Notes: generated from the letters alone by a model not told the origin. 46,769 nucleotides of DNA from Clostridiales bacterium (GCA_013824375.1 PNNR01000063.1:1-46769), one strand, 5' to 3'. Counted from the first letter of the stretch, positions 20,465 through 30,307 are shown. Made by a program: numbers and translations.

Positions 20465-21580
20465 ATGTTTGATCCAAGAATCCTCAAGCTGGCCGATGGA
20501 TTGGTCAACTTTTCCTGCGCCGTGAAACCTGGCGAAAACGTGCTCATCCAGAGCATCGGCGGCAACGAGGACCTCACCCGCGCGCTGATCAAAGCCGTCT
20601 ACAAAGCGGGCGGCGTCCCCTTTCTCTGGCTGGAGGACAAGAGCCTTGACCGCGAGATCATGATGCGCTGCACGCCGGAGCAGCTCACGAAACGAGCGAA
20701 GGTCGATGCCTCCATGATGGAGCAGATGCAGGCATTCATCGGTATCCGCGGCGGCACGAACGCCAGCGAATTCTCCGATGTTCCCGGCGACAAATTCAAC
20801 GACTATATGACCTACTACTGGACACCCGTCCACGGAAAAATCCGTGTACCAAAGACCAAGTGGGTCATCCTCCGCTATCCTTCGCCGAGCATGGCGCAGC
20901 TTGCGGATATGAGCACCGAAGCGTTCGAGGACTATTATTTCAGCGTCTGCACACTGGATTACGGTAAGATGGACAAGGCCATGGATTCGCTCAAGGCGCT
21001 TTTGGAGCGCACGGACAAGGTACGCCTTGTGGCGCCCGGCACCGACCTGACGTTCTCCATCAAGGGTCTGCCTGCCATCAAGTGCGCGGGGCATATGAAC
21101 ATTCCCGACGGCGAAATTTACACCGCTCCGGTCAAAAACAGCGTCAACGGTACCATCGCCTACAACACGCCTTCGCTGGAAGCCGGTTTTACGTTCACAG
21201 ACATCAAATTCACGTTCAAGGACGGCAAGATCATCGAGGCAACCGCGAACGATACCGCTCGCATCAACAAGCAGTTGGATATCGACGAAGGCGCGCGCTA
21301 CGTCGGCGAATTTGCAATCGGTGTCAACCCGTATATCACCTTCCCAATGAAGGACACGCTGTTTGACGAGAAGATCGCGGGCAGCATCCATTTCACGCCC
21401 GGCAGCTGCTATGACGAATGCAACAACGGCAATAAATCCAGCCAGCACTGGGACATCGTACTGATTCAGACGCCGGAATACGGCGGCGGCGAGATCTGGT
21501 TCGACGATGTGCTGATCCGCAAAGACGGCCTGTTCGTGTTGCCGGAACTTTTATGCCTCAATCCAGAAAATCTGAAATAA
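20465..21580 (+). CDS. aminopeptidase, peptidase M29 (AmpS/PepS-like)
   Basis: MFDPRILKLADGLVNFSCAVKPGENVLIQ and the later IPDGEIYTAP and GEFAIGVNP motifs are typical of M29. Start at 20465 has AGGAGG upstream. Confidence 0.85.
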   Translation: MFDPRILKLADGLVNFSCAVKPGENVLIQSIGGNEDLTRALIKAVYKAGGVPFLWLEDKSLDREIMMRCTPEQLTKRAKVDASMMEQMQAFIGIRGGTNASEFSDVPGDKFNDYMTYYWTPVHGKIRVPKTKWVILRYPSPSMAQLADMSTEAFEDYYFSVCTLDYGKMDKAMDSLKALLERTDKVRLVAPGTDLTFSIKGLPAIKCAGHMNIPDGEIYTAPVKNSVNGTIAYNTPSLEAGFTFTDIKFTFKDGKIIEATANDTARINKQLDIDEGARYVGEFAIGVNPYITFPMKDTLFDEKIAGSIHFTPGSCYDECNNGNKSSQHWDIVLIQTPEYGGGEIWFDDVLIRKDGLFVLPELLCLNPENLK

Positions 21581-21602
21581 ACCGAACCGTGACACAGCAA
21601 TA

Positions 21603-21641
21603 CAGCCCGGCGCAAATGCGCCGGGCTGTTGATCTTTTTTT
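21603..21641. terminator. bidirectional terminator between the aminopeptidase gene and hpf
   Basis: CAGCCCGGCGCA-AA-TGCGCCGGGCTG followed by a T-run. Confidence 0.75.
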
Positions 21642-21662
21642 GATTCTTCGTTTGACGGATGC

Positions 21663-22196
21663 TTAATTTTCCGGTTCGATGAGGCCGTAGTTGCCGTCCT
21701 TGCGCTTATACAGCACATTCATCCGGTTTGTTTCCGCATTGAGGAAGACATAAAACGAATGCCCGATCATCTCGATCTGGAGCATGGCCTCTTCTTCGCT
21801 CATAGGCTTGATCGCAAAGCGCTTGACACGGACGATCCTCGGCCCTTCCTCTTCGGCATCCTCATCGCCGATATACTGCGTCTCCATGTCACGGAACGCG
21901 CCGTTGCGGAGGCACTTTTCGAGCTTAGTACGATGTTTGATAATCTGTTTTTCGAGTTTGTCGAGCACGTTGTCGATGGAGGCGTACATGTCGCCGGTGA
22001 TCTCTTCCCCGCGGATAATTCCGCCGTCATAGGGGATGGTTACCTCGACAATGTGGCGGTTCTTTTCCACAGATAGAGTGACGAACACATCGGCATCCTG
22101 CGGGAAATAGCGCTCAAGCTTGCCAACTTTTTTGTTGACCAGGTCGTTGAGGTAATCGGAGATCTCAAGGTTTTTACCAGTGATTGAGATACGCAT
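21663..22196 (-). CDS. hpf: ribosome hibernation promoting factor, long form
   Basis: MRISITGKNLEISDYLNDLVNKKVGKLERYF plus the C-terminal dimerisation domain (RVKRFAIKPMSEEEA...FYVFLN). Confidence 0.93.
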   Translation of the reverse strand: MRISITGKNLEISDYLNDLVNKKVGKLERYFPQDADVFVTLSVEKNRHIVEVTIPYDGGIIRGEEITGDMYASIDNVLDKLEKQIIKHRTKLEKCLRNGAFRDMETQYIGDEDAEEEGPRIVRVKRFAIKPMSEEEAMLQIEMIGHSFYVFLNAETNRMNVLYKRKDGNYGLIEPEN

Positions 22197-22468
22197 GATA
22201 CCACTCCTTTTTCGGCAAACTATTTTGTACTCTGCCTATGTTTATTTATTTCGATACAAAGATGATGTTCCCTTGTCGAAATCTGGTGTAATCAAACTTT
22301 ATTTTCGTGTCATGGGTCTGTCATCCTTGTGAACGAATTCTATAACAATTCAACAAAATTTTCTGTAATAGAATCACTTGCAATTCAATCGCATTTTCGT
22401 TATGATCAATGCATCTGGGGGATCAAACTCCATCCGCCCGAAGCATGAAACGAAAATTGCATTTGATC

Positions 22469-22503
22469 AAAAAAAGCAGCGGCATGATAGTCCGCTGCTT
22501 TTT
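22469..22503. terminator. terminator after guaD
   Basis: GCAGCGG-loop-CCGCTGC flanked by an A-run and a T-run. Confidence 0.75.
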
Positions 22504-22505
22504 CA

Positions 22506-23780
22506 TTATTTAATTTTTCTCCCGCCGCCGTAGACAGCAAGGATGCTCCGGTCATCCGCGAGATATACCGCGCGTTCAAACCGCTCCTTCACCGTTAACT
22601 CCCGCGCGCTCGGCGGAAGCCGCGCTTCATCCAACACAACCGCGTGCAGCGGATTGCCCGGCGCAAAGCCGTCCGCGTCGCCAAAGTAGCGCGATCCCGC
22701 GCTGGTTGCGAGGTAATATGCCTCGCCGACGGTCAGAAACGGCTCTCTGCCATCGGTTTCGATGGCGCGCGCTTTGGACATGCGCAAGCAGCCGGTCAGC
22801 ACCTGCAGCATGGGCAGCTGTGCGCCGCCCGCGATATCCGATCCCAGCGCGACCCAGACGCCGCGCTCCGCCATCTGCCGAACGGGCGCAAACCCGCTGC
22901 AGATGTTGATGTTGGAGTCCGGGCAGTGCACGCAGAGCACGTTGCGGTCGATCATCGCCTGTTGTTCGCGCGCATCGGAATGCACGCAGTGCGCCATGAT
23001 CGTGTGATCTGTCCAAAGGCCGTACTTATCGTAGGTTTGCCAATACTGCTCGCAATCGGGATGCAGCTCTTTCACAAGCTCGATCTCGCGTTTGTTCTCG
23101 CTCAGATGGGATTGTACGTAGACGCCGCGCTCCGCCGCTACTTTACCAAGCCATTCCATCAACTCATCGGTGCAGCTGGGCGTGAAGCGTGGGGTGAGGA
23201 TCGGCTTCACGCGCGTAAAGCGCGCGCTCTCATCGAGCCAGCGCAGTGTCTCGCGCTTGCTATTCTCGGTCAACTCCTGACATTCGCCGCTGGATCGATC
23301 CATGTTCACCTTGCCGACGTAGCCGCCGATGCCCGCTTTCTCCAGCTCTTCCATCAGGATCAGCGTGGCGTCCACATGCGTGGATGAATAGATGCACACG
23401 CGCGTGGTGCCGTTGCTTACAAGCTCCGACGCAAGGCGAGAATAAACCTCGCGGGCAAAATCATTGTCCGTAAAACGTGCTTCGGTCTTGAAGGTATAGG
23501 TCTTCAGCCAGTCCATCAGCGGAAGATCCATACCCATGCCGAGCATGGGATACTGCGGCGCGTGCAGATGCATATCCGAAAATCCCTGTAGGATGAGTTT
23601 CCCGGAATAGTCTTCGAGCTTTGCTCCTGCAAACTCCGCCGTAAGATCGGCAAACACGCCCTTTACCACGCCGTTTTCCACGGCGAGGTAGCCGTCTTCC
23701 GTGATGACAGGGTCGCCGAATGTCTTTGCCTCGATGATATGCCCCTTGATGAGCGTGATGCTCGATAATTGTTCCGTCAT
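22506..23780 (-). CDS. guaD: guanine deaminase (amidohydrolase superfamily)
   Basis: FSDMHLHAPQYPMLGMGMDLPLMDWLKTYTFKTEARFTDNDFAREVY closely resembles the recalled conserved block of guanine deaminases (HIHASQ...LPLLEWL..YTFP.E.RF). Confidence 0.82.
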   Translation of the reverse strand: MTEQLSSITLIKGHIIEAKTFGDPVITEDGYLAVENGVVKGVFADLTAEFAGAKLEDYSGKLILQGFSDMHLHAPQYPMLGMGMDLPLMDWLKTYTFKTEARFTDNDFAREVYSRLASELVSNGTTRVCIYSSTHVDATLILMEELEKAGIGGYVGKVNMDRSSGECQELTENSKRETLRWLDESARFTRVKPILTPRFTPSCTDELMEWLGKVAAERGVYVQSHLSENKREIELVKELHPDCEQYWQTYDKYGLWTDHTIMAHCVHSDAREQQAMIDRNVLCVHCPDSNINICSGFAPVRQMAERGVWVALGSDIAGGAQLPMLQVLTGCLRMSKARAIETDGREPFLTVGEAYYLATSAGSRYFGDADGFAPGNPLHAVVLDEARLPPSARELTVKERFERAVYLADDRSILAVYGGGRKIK

Positions 23781-23839
23781 GTCGCTACTTCCTTGCCTGC
23801 GTGTCGGGGTTTCCCGCGCAGTCTATCAAAATTCGTAAG

Positions 23840-24412
23840 TTAATTTTCTTTCGAGTCGATATCGTCCAGTTCCCGCGCGGAGAGAACCTCCGTGAACCGA
23901 AGCCGGTCTGTATGCCGCTTGATCACCGCGCCGCCGCCGGTGTCCTCCTTCAGCGCGCAGAGTTCGGGATAGAACTCCGCCGGAAAAATCGCGGGGTTGC
24001 CTCGCCTCTTTTCAAAGCCAAGCGAAACGATGTCATTTGGATGCTCATCAAATGTATCCATCAGCTTCCTCACGCTTTTTTGCGTGAGAAACGGCTGATC
24101 TGCCACCGCGTAGAGTATGCCGTCGAGCGCGGGCTCGCGCGCAAGAATCGCCTCGGTCGCTATCGCGACGCTGGTGCCGACGCCGCGTTCCGGCTCGGGA
24201 TTGATCACGACCGAAAAGCCGTTTTCGTGCGCCAGAATCTGTATTTTCGCTGCTTCTGCCCTCGTGACACAGACGCGCACTTCAAATTGCAGATCTTTGT
24301 AAAGCCGCAGCGCCCGCGCAATCATCGGTTCCCCGTCGATTGCGTAAAGCAGCTTGCCGCCGCCGAAGCGCTTGCCCGCGCCAGCCGCAAGCAGCACGCA
24401 GCCGATTTTCAC
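23840..24412 (-). CDS. mocA: MobA/MocA-like nucleotidyltransferase (probable molybdenum cofactor cytidylyltransferase)
   Basis: LLAAGAGKRFGGGKLL N-terminal NTP-transferase motif. About 190 aa. Adjacent to molybdoenzyme genes. GTG start overlaps the upstream stop (GTGA). Confidence 0.7.
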   Translation of the reverse strand: MKIGCVLLAAGAGKRFGGGKLLYAIDGEPMIARALRLYKDLQFEVRVCVTRAEAAKIQILAHENGFSVVINPEPERGVGTSVAIATEAILAREPALDGILYAVADQPFLTQKSVRKLMDTFDEHPNDIVSLGFEKRRGNPAIFPAEFYPELCALKEDTGGGAVIKRHTDRLRFTEVLSARELDDIDSKEN

Positions 24413-25779
24413 GCACGATACCTGCCGGAAGCTTTGCGGAAGACGAATCTCCCCTTGCCTTCTTTGACGAGTTTACCGCCCTGCACGACGTGCCGTCCGC
24501 CGAGCAGCACATCCGATACTCCGCCGAGCACCTTCATGCCTTCATACGGCGAGTTATCGCATGCGTGCGCGTTTGTTCTGTAGGAAATCGTGCTCTCTCC
24601 TGCAGGATTATAGATCGCAATATCCGCCTCCGCGCCCTCACGGAGCACCCCGCGGTGCGGGAACATGCCAAACATTCTTGCCGCGTTTTCGCTCAATATT
24701 GCCGCCATCTGCTGGAGCGTGATGCGGCCTGTGCGCACAGCGTAGGTGTAGATCAGCTGCGCGCGGTTCTGTACGCCCGCACCTCCGTTTGGTGTCTTGC
24801 TAAACTCTCCGCCGCCCAGCGCCTTTTGGCTCATCATAAACGAACAGTGGTCGGTGCCGATGACGTCGATCTCGCCGGAGCCCATCGCGGAAAGCAGCGC
24901 ATCCAGATCCGCGGGTTTCCTCAGCGGTGGGGACATGATGAATTTCTCCGCGTCGGGATCGCCGTAACGCACATCGTCGAGTACCAGATACTGCGGGCAG
25001 GTTTCGAGATAGACTTCCTGCCCTCTCGCTCTTGCACGGCGCGCTTCGTCTAATCCTTCACGCGTGGAGAGATGCACAACCCAAACGGGCGCGTTTGCAA
25101 GCTCGCCGATGCGCATGAGTCGCGAGACAGCCTCCGCTTCGACGGCGTTCGGCCGCGCGATCGGGTGCGCCAGCGGAGAGCGCATGCCAATGCTGTTGAG
25201 CTCGTGGATGCGTTCATTGAGTACATCGAAGTTTTCACAGTGCACGCCGCTGATGCAGTTCAGCGCTGCCATGTGCTTCAGCGCGGCGTAGATTTCACCG
25301 TCGTTGAGGCGCATCGCGTCGTATACCATATACATCTTAAAGGAGGTCACACCCTGCGCGACCATGTATTCGACCTCGGCCGCACGCTCACCGTCCCATT
25401 CCGAAATCGCCATATGGAAACCATAGTTGCAGCTGGAGCCTTCGGCTTTTTTGTGCCAGAGGTCGAGCGCGTCCTGCATGGTCATGCCGCGATCCTGCGT
25501 CGCAAAGTCCAGTACGGTCGTCGTGCCGCCAAGCACTGCCGCGCGCGTACCGGTGATGAAGTTGTCCGCGGTCACCGTGATGCCCAGGTCGAGATCGAAG
25601 TGCGTGTGCGTGTCGATAAAGCCAGCAAAAACGAGTTTACCGCCCGCGTCTATGACTTCGTCCGCCTGCTCGTTGATTCCTGCTGCTATCCTCTTGATGA
25701 AGCCGTTCTCGATCAGAATATCCGCCTGTTCGATGCCCTGGCTGCGCACGAGCGTTCCGTTTTGAATGAGGGTTCGCAT
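24409..25779 (-). CDS. dihydropyrimidinase / D-hydantoinase family cyclic amidohydrolase (HyuA-like)
   Basis: GFIDTHTHFDLDLGITVTADNFITGTRAAVLGGTTTVLDF, SFKMYM (carbamylated Lys region) and VHCEN motifs. Start at MRTLIQNG has AGGAGG upstream. Confidence 0.85.
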   Translation of the reverse strand: MRTLIQNGTLVRSQGIEQADILIENGFIKRIAAGINEQADEVIDAGGKLVFAGFIDTHTHFDLDLGITVTADNFITGTRAAVLGGTTTVLDFATQDRGMTMQDALDLWHKKAEGSSCNYGFHMAISEWDGERAAEVEYMVAQGVTSFKMYMVYDAMRLNDGEIYAALKHMAALNCISGVHCENFDVLNERIHELNSIGMRSPLAHPIARPNAVEAEAVSRLMRIGELANAPVWVVHLSTREGLDEARRARARGQEVYLETCPQYLVLDDVRYGDPDAEKFIMSPPLRKPADLDALLSAMGSGEIDVIGTDHCSFMMSQKALGGGEFSKTPNGGAGVQNRAQLIYTYAVRTGRITLQQMAAILSENAARMFGMFPHRGVLREGAEADIAIYNPAGESTISYRTNAHACDNSPYEGMKVLGGVSDVLLGGRHVVQGGKLVKEGKGRFVFRKASGRYRA

Positions 25780-25951
25780 TGGTGATCGCCTCCTTCGAGT
25801 ATGATGTTGAAATCCGGTCGATGATTCAAATAGAAATGTCGACAGAGTTACTGCTTTTCTGCGTCTGAAAAACGCAGGAAACAAATAGAATAGACTGCAA
25901 AGAATAATATCTGCTTTTATTCTAGCACACGATTTTCTTCCTGCAAAGTAT

Positions 25952-25979
25952 TTGCATCTAACAATCTTTATGCTATACT
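25952..25979 (+). promoter_or_regulatory. putative promoter of the adenine deaminase gene
   Basis: TTGCAT - 16 nt - TATACT, with TGC immediately upstream (extended -10). Confidence 0.5.
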
Positions 25980-26001
25980 AACAAAAAGGTGGGTGAGCAT
26001 T

Positions 26002-27704
26002 ATGCAAAAGTCACGTCTACGCGCCGCCATCCTCAACGCGGCAAACAGAAATGCTGCTCTTGTCATCAAAAACGCAAAAATCGTCAATGTATTTACGGAA
26101 GAAATCATAGAAGGTGACGTTGCCATGCGCGACGGCATCATCATCGGCGTTGGTGAATATACCGGTCGTGTGGAGATCGACGCGAAAGGCGGATATCTCT
26201 GCCCCGGGCTAATGGATGGTCACGTGCACATCGAATCCTCAATGGCGCATCCTTCCCGTTTTGCCAATGTGATTCTCGAAAAGGGCACCACCTCCATCAT
26301 TGCTGACCCGCATGAGATGCGAATGTTTGCGGTTCGGACGGAATTCAATACATGCTCGATCAGACGGAATGGCTTCCCCTTTCCGTTTTTGTTATGGTTC
26401 CCTCCTGTGTGCCCGCAACCGCGTTTGAAACCAGCGGCGCAAAACTGACGGCAAAGGACATGGAAGCCTTCATCTCACACCCGCGCGTGCTTGGCCTCGG
26501 CGAAGTGATGGACTATGTCGCAACCGTCGAAGGCGACGGCGAAATGCTCGACAAACTGCATCTCTTCCGCCATCATCCGATCGACGGGCACGCTCCGACT
26601 TTGACCGGAGACGCGCTCAATGCCTACTGTGTCGCCGGGCCGACCACCGACCACGAGTGCATCACCTATGAAGAAGTGCTCGAAAAACTCCGAAAAGGAC
26701 TCCGCATTCATCTGCGCCTCGGCTCCGCCAACCGCAACATTGAGGAAATCATGAAAAAGATCGCAGAGGACAATCTGCCCACGCGAAGAATGTCCTTCTG
26801 CACGGACGATAAACACCTCGCGGATATCCGCGAGGAGGGCCATATCAACTACATCGTGCGCCGTGCGGTAGCAAACGGCATCCCGCCGATCAAGGCGATC
26901 CAGATGGCAACCATCAACACTGCGGACGCATACGGCATCCGCCATTACGGCGCGGTCGCACCGGGTTACCGCGCGGACCTCGTGCTGTTTGACAATCTCA
27001 CGGACTTTAATCCACAGTTTGTGATCACCGACGGCAAGGTGTTTGAGCCCAGCGTCGACACCCACATCAAGCCCGACCCGAAGATCTACAACAGCGTCCA
27101 TCTTGCCCCGCGCAAGCCGGATGTGCTCAAGATGCCCATTTCCGGCAAGGCGAACATTATTCGCCTGATTCCCAAAGAGTTGGTAACCGCGCTCGACGTC
27201 GAGGAAGTCTACACCGAAAACGGGCTGTTCGTGCCCAAAAACGGACTCCAAAAGCTCGCGGTACTGGAACGGCACCACGCCTCCGGCAGAGTTGGCTTAG
27301 GCATTCTGCGCGGGTTTGACATCCACAACGGCGCAATAGCAACCACCGTCGGCCACGATTCCCACAACCTCGTGGTCGTCGGCGACAACGACGCGGATAT
27401 GCTCACGGCGGTTGACGTGCTCGAAGAATGCGGCGGCGGCTACGTCGTCGTCAGCAAAGGCGAGGTGCTGGCAAAGCTCATCCTCTCGGTTGCTGGGCTC
27501 ATGAGCGACGCGCCGATGGAGAACATCCTCAAACATCAGCGGGAGCTGCTCGCCGCAGCCGAAAGCCTCGGCATCCATACCGAGAGCGACCCGTTCATCA
27601 CGCTGTCCTTCATCGCGCTGCCGGTCATCCCGGATGTTCGTCTGACGGATATGGGTCTCTTCAACGTCCGCACGATGGAATTCTTCAACAAAATCAATCA
27701 ATAA
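26002..27704 (+). pseudogene. ade: adenine deaminase, reading frame broken by a 1-nt deletion near 26318 (possible sequencing error)
   Basis: Frame 1 reads ...GLMDGHVHIESSMAHPSRFANVILEKGTTSIIADPHE. The expected continuation, ANVCGSDGIQYMLDQTEWLPLSVFVMVPSCVPATAFETSGA, is in the next frame. The restored length of about 568 aa fits the family. Confidence 0.88.
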
Positions 27705-27723
27705 CGAGAAAATCAACCAATAA
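27690..27723 (+). repeat. direct repeat of the last 15 nt of ade, including the stop codon
   Basis: AAAATCAATCAATAA (27690..27704) and AAAATCAACCAATAA (27709..27723). 14/15 identical. The only difference is a synonymous AAT/AAC. Confidence 0.7.
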
Positions 27724-28002
27724 ATGGCCGTGGTAAAAACAACATATTGTTTCGTAGACAATCCGTATCATATATGTTGTTGAATCTGTGATATTCTCGT
27801 AGCATTTTGTGAAAATCCGTTTCTTTCGAGCGTTTCGGTAGTATGATAATCATGTATCAATAGACGTTACTGTTATTCGCAAATATCGCTTTTATCAGGC
27901 AGATAATCGGATACAATCAAACGTCTTGACATCTCTTTTGTAACCCATCGCCTGCGGGGTGGAGCGACGCCGCAGGCTTGTCACAAATCACAGGAGGGAA
28001 CT

Positions 28003-30288
28003 ATGGTAGTTGGAACAAGCGTCAAACGCGTCGACGCAATCGACAAAGTAACCGGCAGAGCCCGTTATACGGACGATCTTGCCGACAAGAGCGCACTCAT
28101 CGTCAAAATCTACCACTCGACCATTGCCCACGGCATGGTGAAGTCAGTCGATACCTCCGCTGCGGAAGCGATTCCCGGCGTGGTCAAGGTGTTGACCTGC
28201 TTCGACGTGCCTGATCGCCCGTTCCCGACGGCGGGGCATCCGTGGTCGATCGACCCGCATCATCAGGACGTAGCGGATCGGCTGCTGCTCAACAAGCACG
28301 TGCGCTACTATGGCGACGACGTCGCTGTGGTCATCGCGGAGGACGAGGTCGCCGCGGATCAGGGCGTGCGCGCGCTCAAGGTGGAGTATGAAGAGTACCC
28401 CTTTGTGCTGGACGTACAGGAAGCCATGAAGGACGGCGCACCGCAGCTGCATGAGCCGTTCCCGAACAACATCCTTGGCCGCACGAACTACGAGGTCGGC
28501 AATTTTGAAGAGGCTATCAAAGAGCCCGGACTCATCCGAGTCGAGGGCTGGTATGACACGCCCATCGTGCAGCACTGCCACATCGAAAACCACATCTGCT
28601 ATGCCGAAGAACAGGCGGGCAAGATCGTCATCGTCTCGAGCACGCAGATACCGCACATCGTGCGCCGCATCTGCGGCCAGGCGCTGGGCCTTCCCTGGGG
28701 CAGCGTTCGCCTGATCAAACCCTACATCGGCGGCGGTTTCGGCAACAAGCAGGACGCGCTGTATGAACCGCTCTGCGGCTATTGCTGCCAGCAGGTCGGC
28801 GGCAGACTCGTCAAGCTCGACGTCAGCCGCGAAGAGACCTTCGTGAGCAACCGCGTGCGCCACGCAATCCGCTACCACATCGTCACCTACGCACGCCCGG
28901 ACGGACGGTTTGTTGCGCGCCAGATGGAAGCATATTCCAATCAGGGCGGTTACGCGAGCCACGGCCACGGCATCTGTGCCAAGGGCGCAAATGCGTTCAA
29001 GCAGATCTATGTGGATGCCGTCGCCACCAAGGTTGACGCGTACACTGTCTTCACCAACCTACCCGCGGCGGGCGCCATGCGCGCCTACGGCATCCCGCAG
29101 GTTTCGTTCGCCATCGAAAGCAGCGTGGAAGACGCAGCTAAGGCGCTCGGCATGGATTCCGTCATTGTGCGCCAGATGAACATGATGCCGGTAGGCTATG
29201 TGGACGCGTTCTCCAAAAACTGCAACTATTTCGACAGCCTGAATCAATGCATCGCCAAGGGCAAAGCGTATATGGATTACGACCGTCTGCACGCGGAATA
29301 CGCAAAGCAGACGGGTCCCATCCGCCGCGGCGTCGGAATGGCGATCTTCTGGTATAACACCGCTGTCTGGCCCATCGCGCTGGAAGCCAGCAGCTGCCGC
29401 ATGGTCATGAACCAGGACGGTTCCGTGCAGCTGCACATCTGCGAAACCGAGATCGGTCAGGGCGCGGACACCGTGTTTGCGCAGATGGTCGCAGACACCG
29501 TCGGCATTCCGATGGAAAAAGTGCACGTCGTCTCCACGCAGGACACGGACACGACCCCGTTCGGCACGAGCGCATATGCCTCACGCCAGACGTACGTCGC
29601 GGGATTCGCAATCCACAACATCGGCACGCAGCTCAAGAACAAACTGCTCAACTACGCCTCGTACCTCACGAACAAGCCCGCGGAGCAAATCGACATCGTC
29701 GACGGTCGCGTGATCGACAAGGCGAACGGAGACCTATTGATGAACATCGACGAGCTTGCAACCACCGCGCTCTATTCGCTGGATCAGGCGGAGCAGTTCA
29801 GCGCGGAGGGCACCACGCAGATCAAGAGCAACGCCTATTCTTTCGGCTGCGGCTTTGTCGAGGTCGAGGTGGATATCCCCATGTGCAAGGTCAAGCTCCT
29901 TCGCATGATCAACGTGCACGACGCGGGACAGCTGATCAACCCGCAGCTCGCCGAAGCGCAGGTGCATGGCGGGATGAGCATGGCCATCGGCTATGGCATG
30001 GGCGAACAGCTGCTGTTTGACCCGAAGACGGGCAAGCCGCTGAACAACAACCTTTTGGACTACAAACTCTGCACCATGATGGATCACCCCGATCTCAAGG
30101 CCGAGTTTGTAGAAAACTTCGAGCCGACCAGCCCCTTTGGCACCAAGGCGCTCGGCGAGCCGCCGGCCTGCCCGGGCGCGCCCGCCATCCGCAACGCGAT
30201 TCTCAACGCAACGGGCGTTGCCGTGAATCAGACGCCCATGACGCCGCACATCCTCTTTGAGCGTTTCAAAGAGGAAGGCTTACTGTAA
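28003..30288 (+). CDS. xdhA: xanthine dehydrogenase family, molybdopterin-binding subunit
   Basis: 761 aa. MVVGTSVKRVDAIDKVTGRARYTDD N-terminus and GGGFGNK motif. Gene order Mo - FAD - FeS matches E. coli xdhABC. Confidence 0.82.
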   Translation: MVVGTSVKRVDAIDKVTGRARYTDDLADKSALIVKIYHSTIAHGMVKSVDTSAAEAIPGVVKVLTCFDVPDRPFPTAGHPWSIDPHHQDVADRLLLNKHVRYYGDDVAVVIAEDEVAADQGVRALKVEYEEYPFVLDVQEAMKDGAPQLHEPFPNNILGRTNYEVGNFEEAIKEPGLIRVEGWYDTPIVQHCHIENHICYAEEQAGKIVIVSSTQIPHIVRRICGQALGLPWGSVRLIKPYIGGGFGNKQDALYEPLCGYCCQQVGGRLVKLDVSREETFVSNRVRHAIRYHIVTYARPDGRFVARQMEAYSNQGGYASHGHGICAKGANAFKQIYVDAVATKVDAYTVFTNLPAAGAMRAYGIPQVSFAIESSVEDAAKALGMDSVIVRQMNMMPVGYVDAFSKNCNYFDSLNQCIAKGKAYMDYDRLHAEYAKQTGPIRRGVGMAIFWYNTAVWPIALEASSCRMVMNQDGSVQLHICETEIGQGADTVFAQMVADTVGIPMEKVHVVSTQDTDTTPFGTSAYASRQTYVAGFAIHNIGTQLKNKLLNYASYLTNKPAEQIDIVDGRVIDKANGDLLMNIDELATTALYSLDQAEQFSAEGTTQIKSNAYSFGCGFVEVEVDIPMCKVKLLRMINVHDAGQLINPQLAEAQVHGGMSMAIGYGMGEQLLFDPKTGKPLNNNLLDYKLCTMMDHPDLKAEFVENFEPTSPFGTKALGEPPACPGAPAIRNAILNATGVAVNQTPMTPHILFERFKEEGLL

Positions 30289-30307
30289 GAAGGAGGAGCT
30301 GACGACT

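Noticed and set aside
22387-22469. Long-range inverted repeat (AATCGCATTTTCGTT / AACGAAAATTGCATT) and repeated TGATCA palindromes in the 300-bp AT-rich region upstream of hpf.
   Set aside because: Only 9 contiguous A/T-rich base pairs match, plus a bulged GC. This is easily expected by chance in AT-rich promoter DNA. No supporting structure or motif was recognised.
22446-22514. 22-codon ORF MKRKLHLIKKSSGMIVRCFFII and other tiny ORFs in the intergenic regions (27724-27791 and 31696-31746).
   Set aside because: No RBS. They overlap terminator hairpins or the xdhC relic. Their composition simply reflects AT-rich spacer sequence.
25780-28002. Guanine/adenine (purine) riboswitch upstream of ade, the hydantoinase gene or xdhA.
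   Set aside because: I could not find the conserved purine-riboswitch core (the TATGG...TTTCTACC...CCGTAAA-type junction sequences as I recall them) in either strand of these leaders. This was a by-eye check only. The xdhA leader is kept as a low-confidence finding for a formal Rfam scan.
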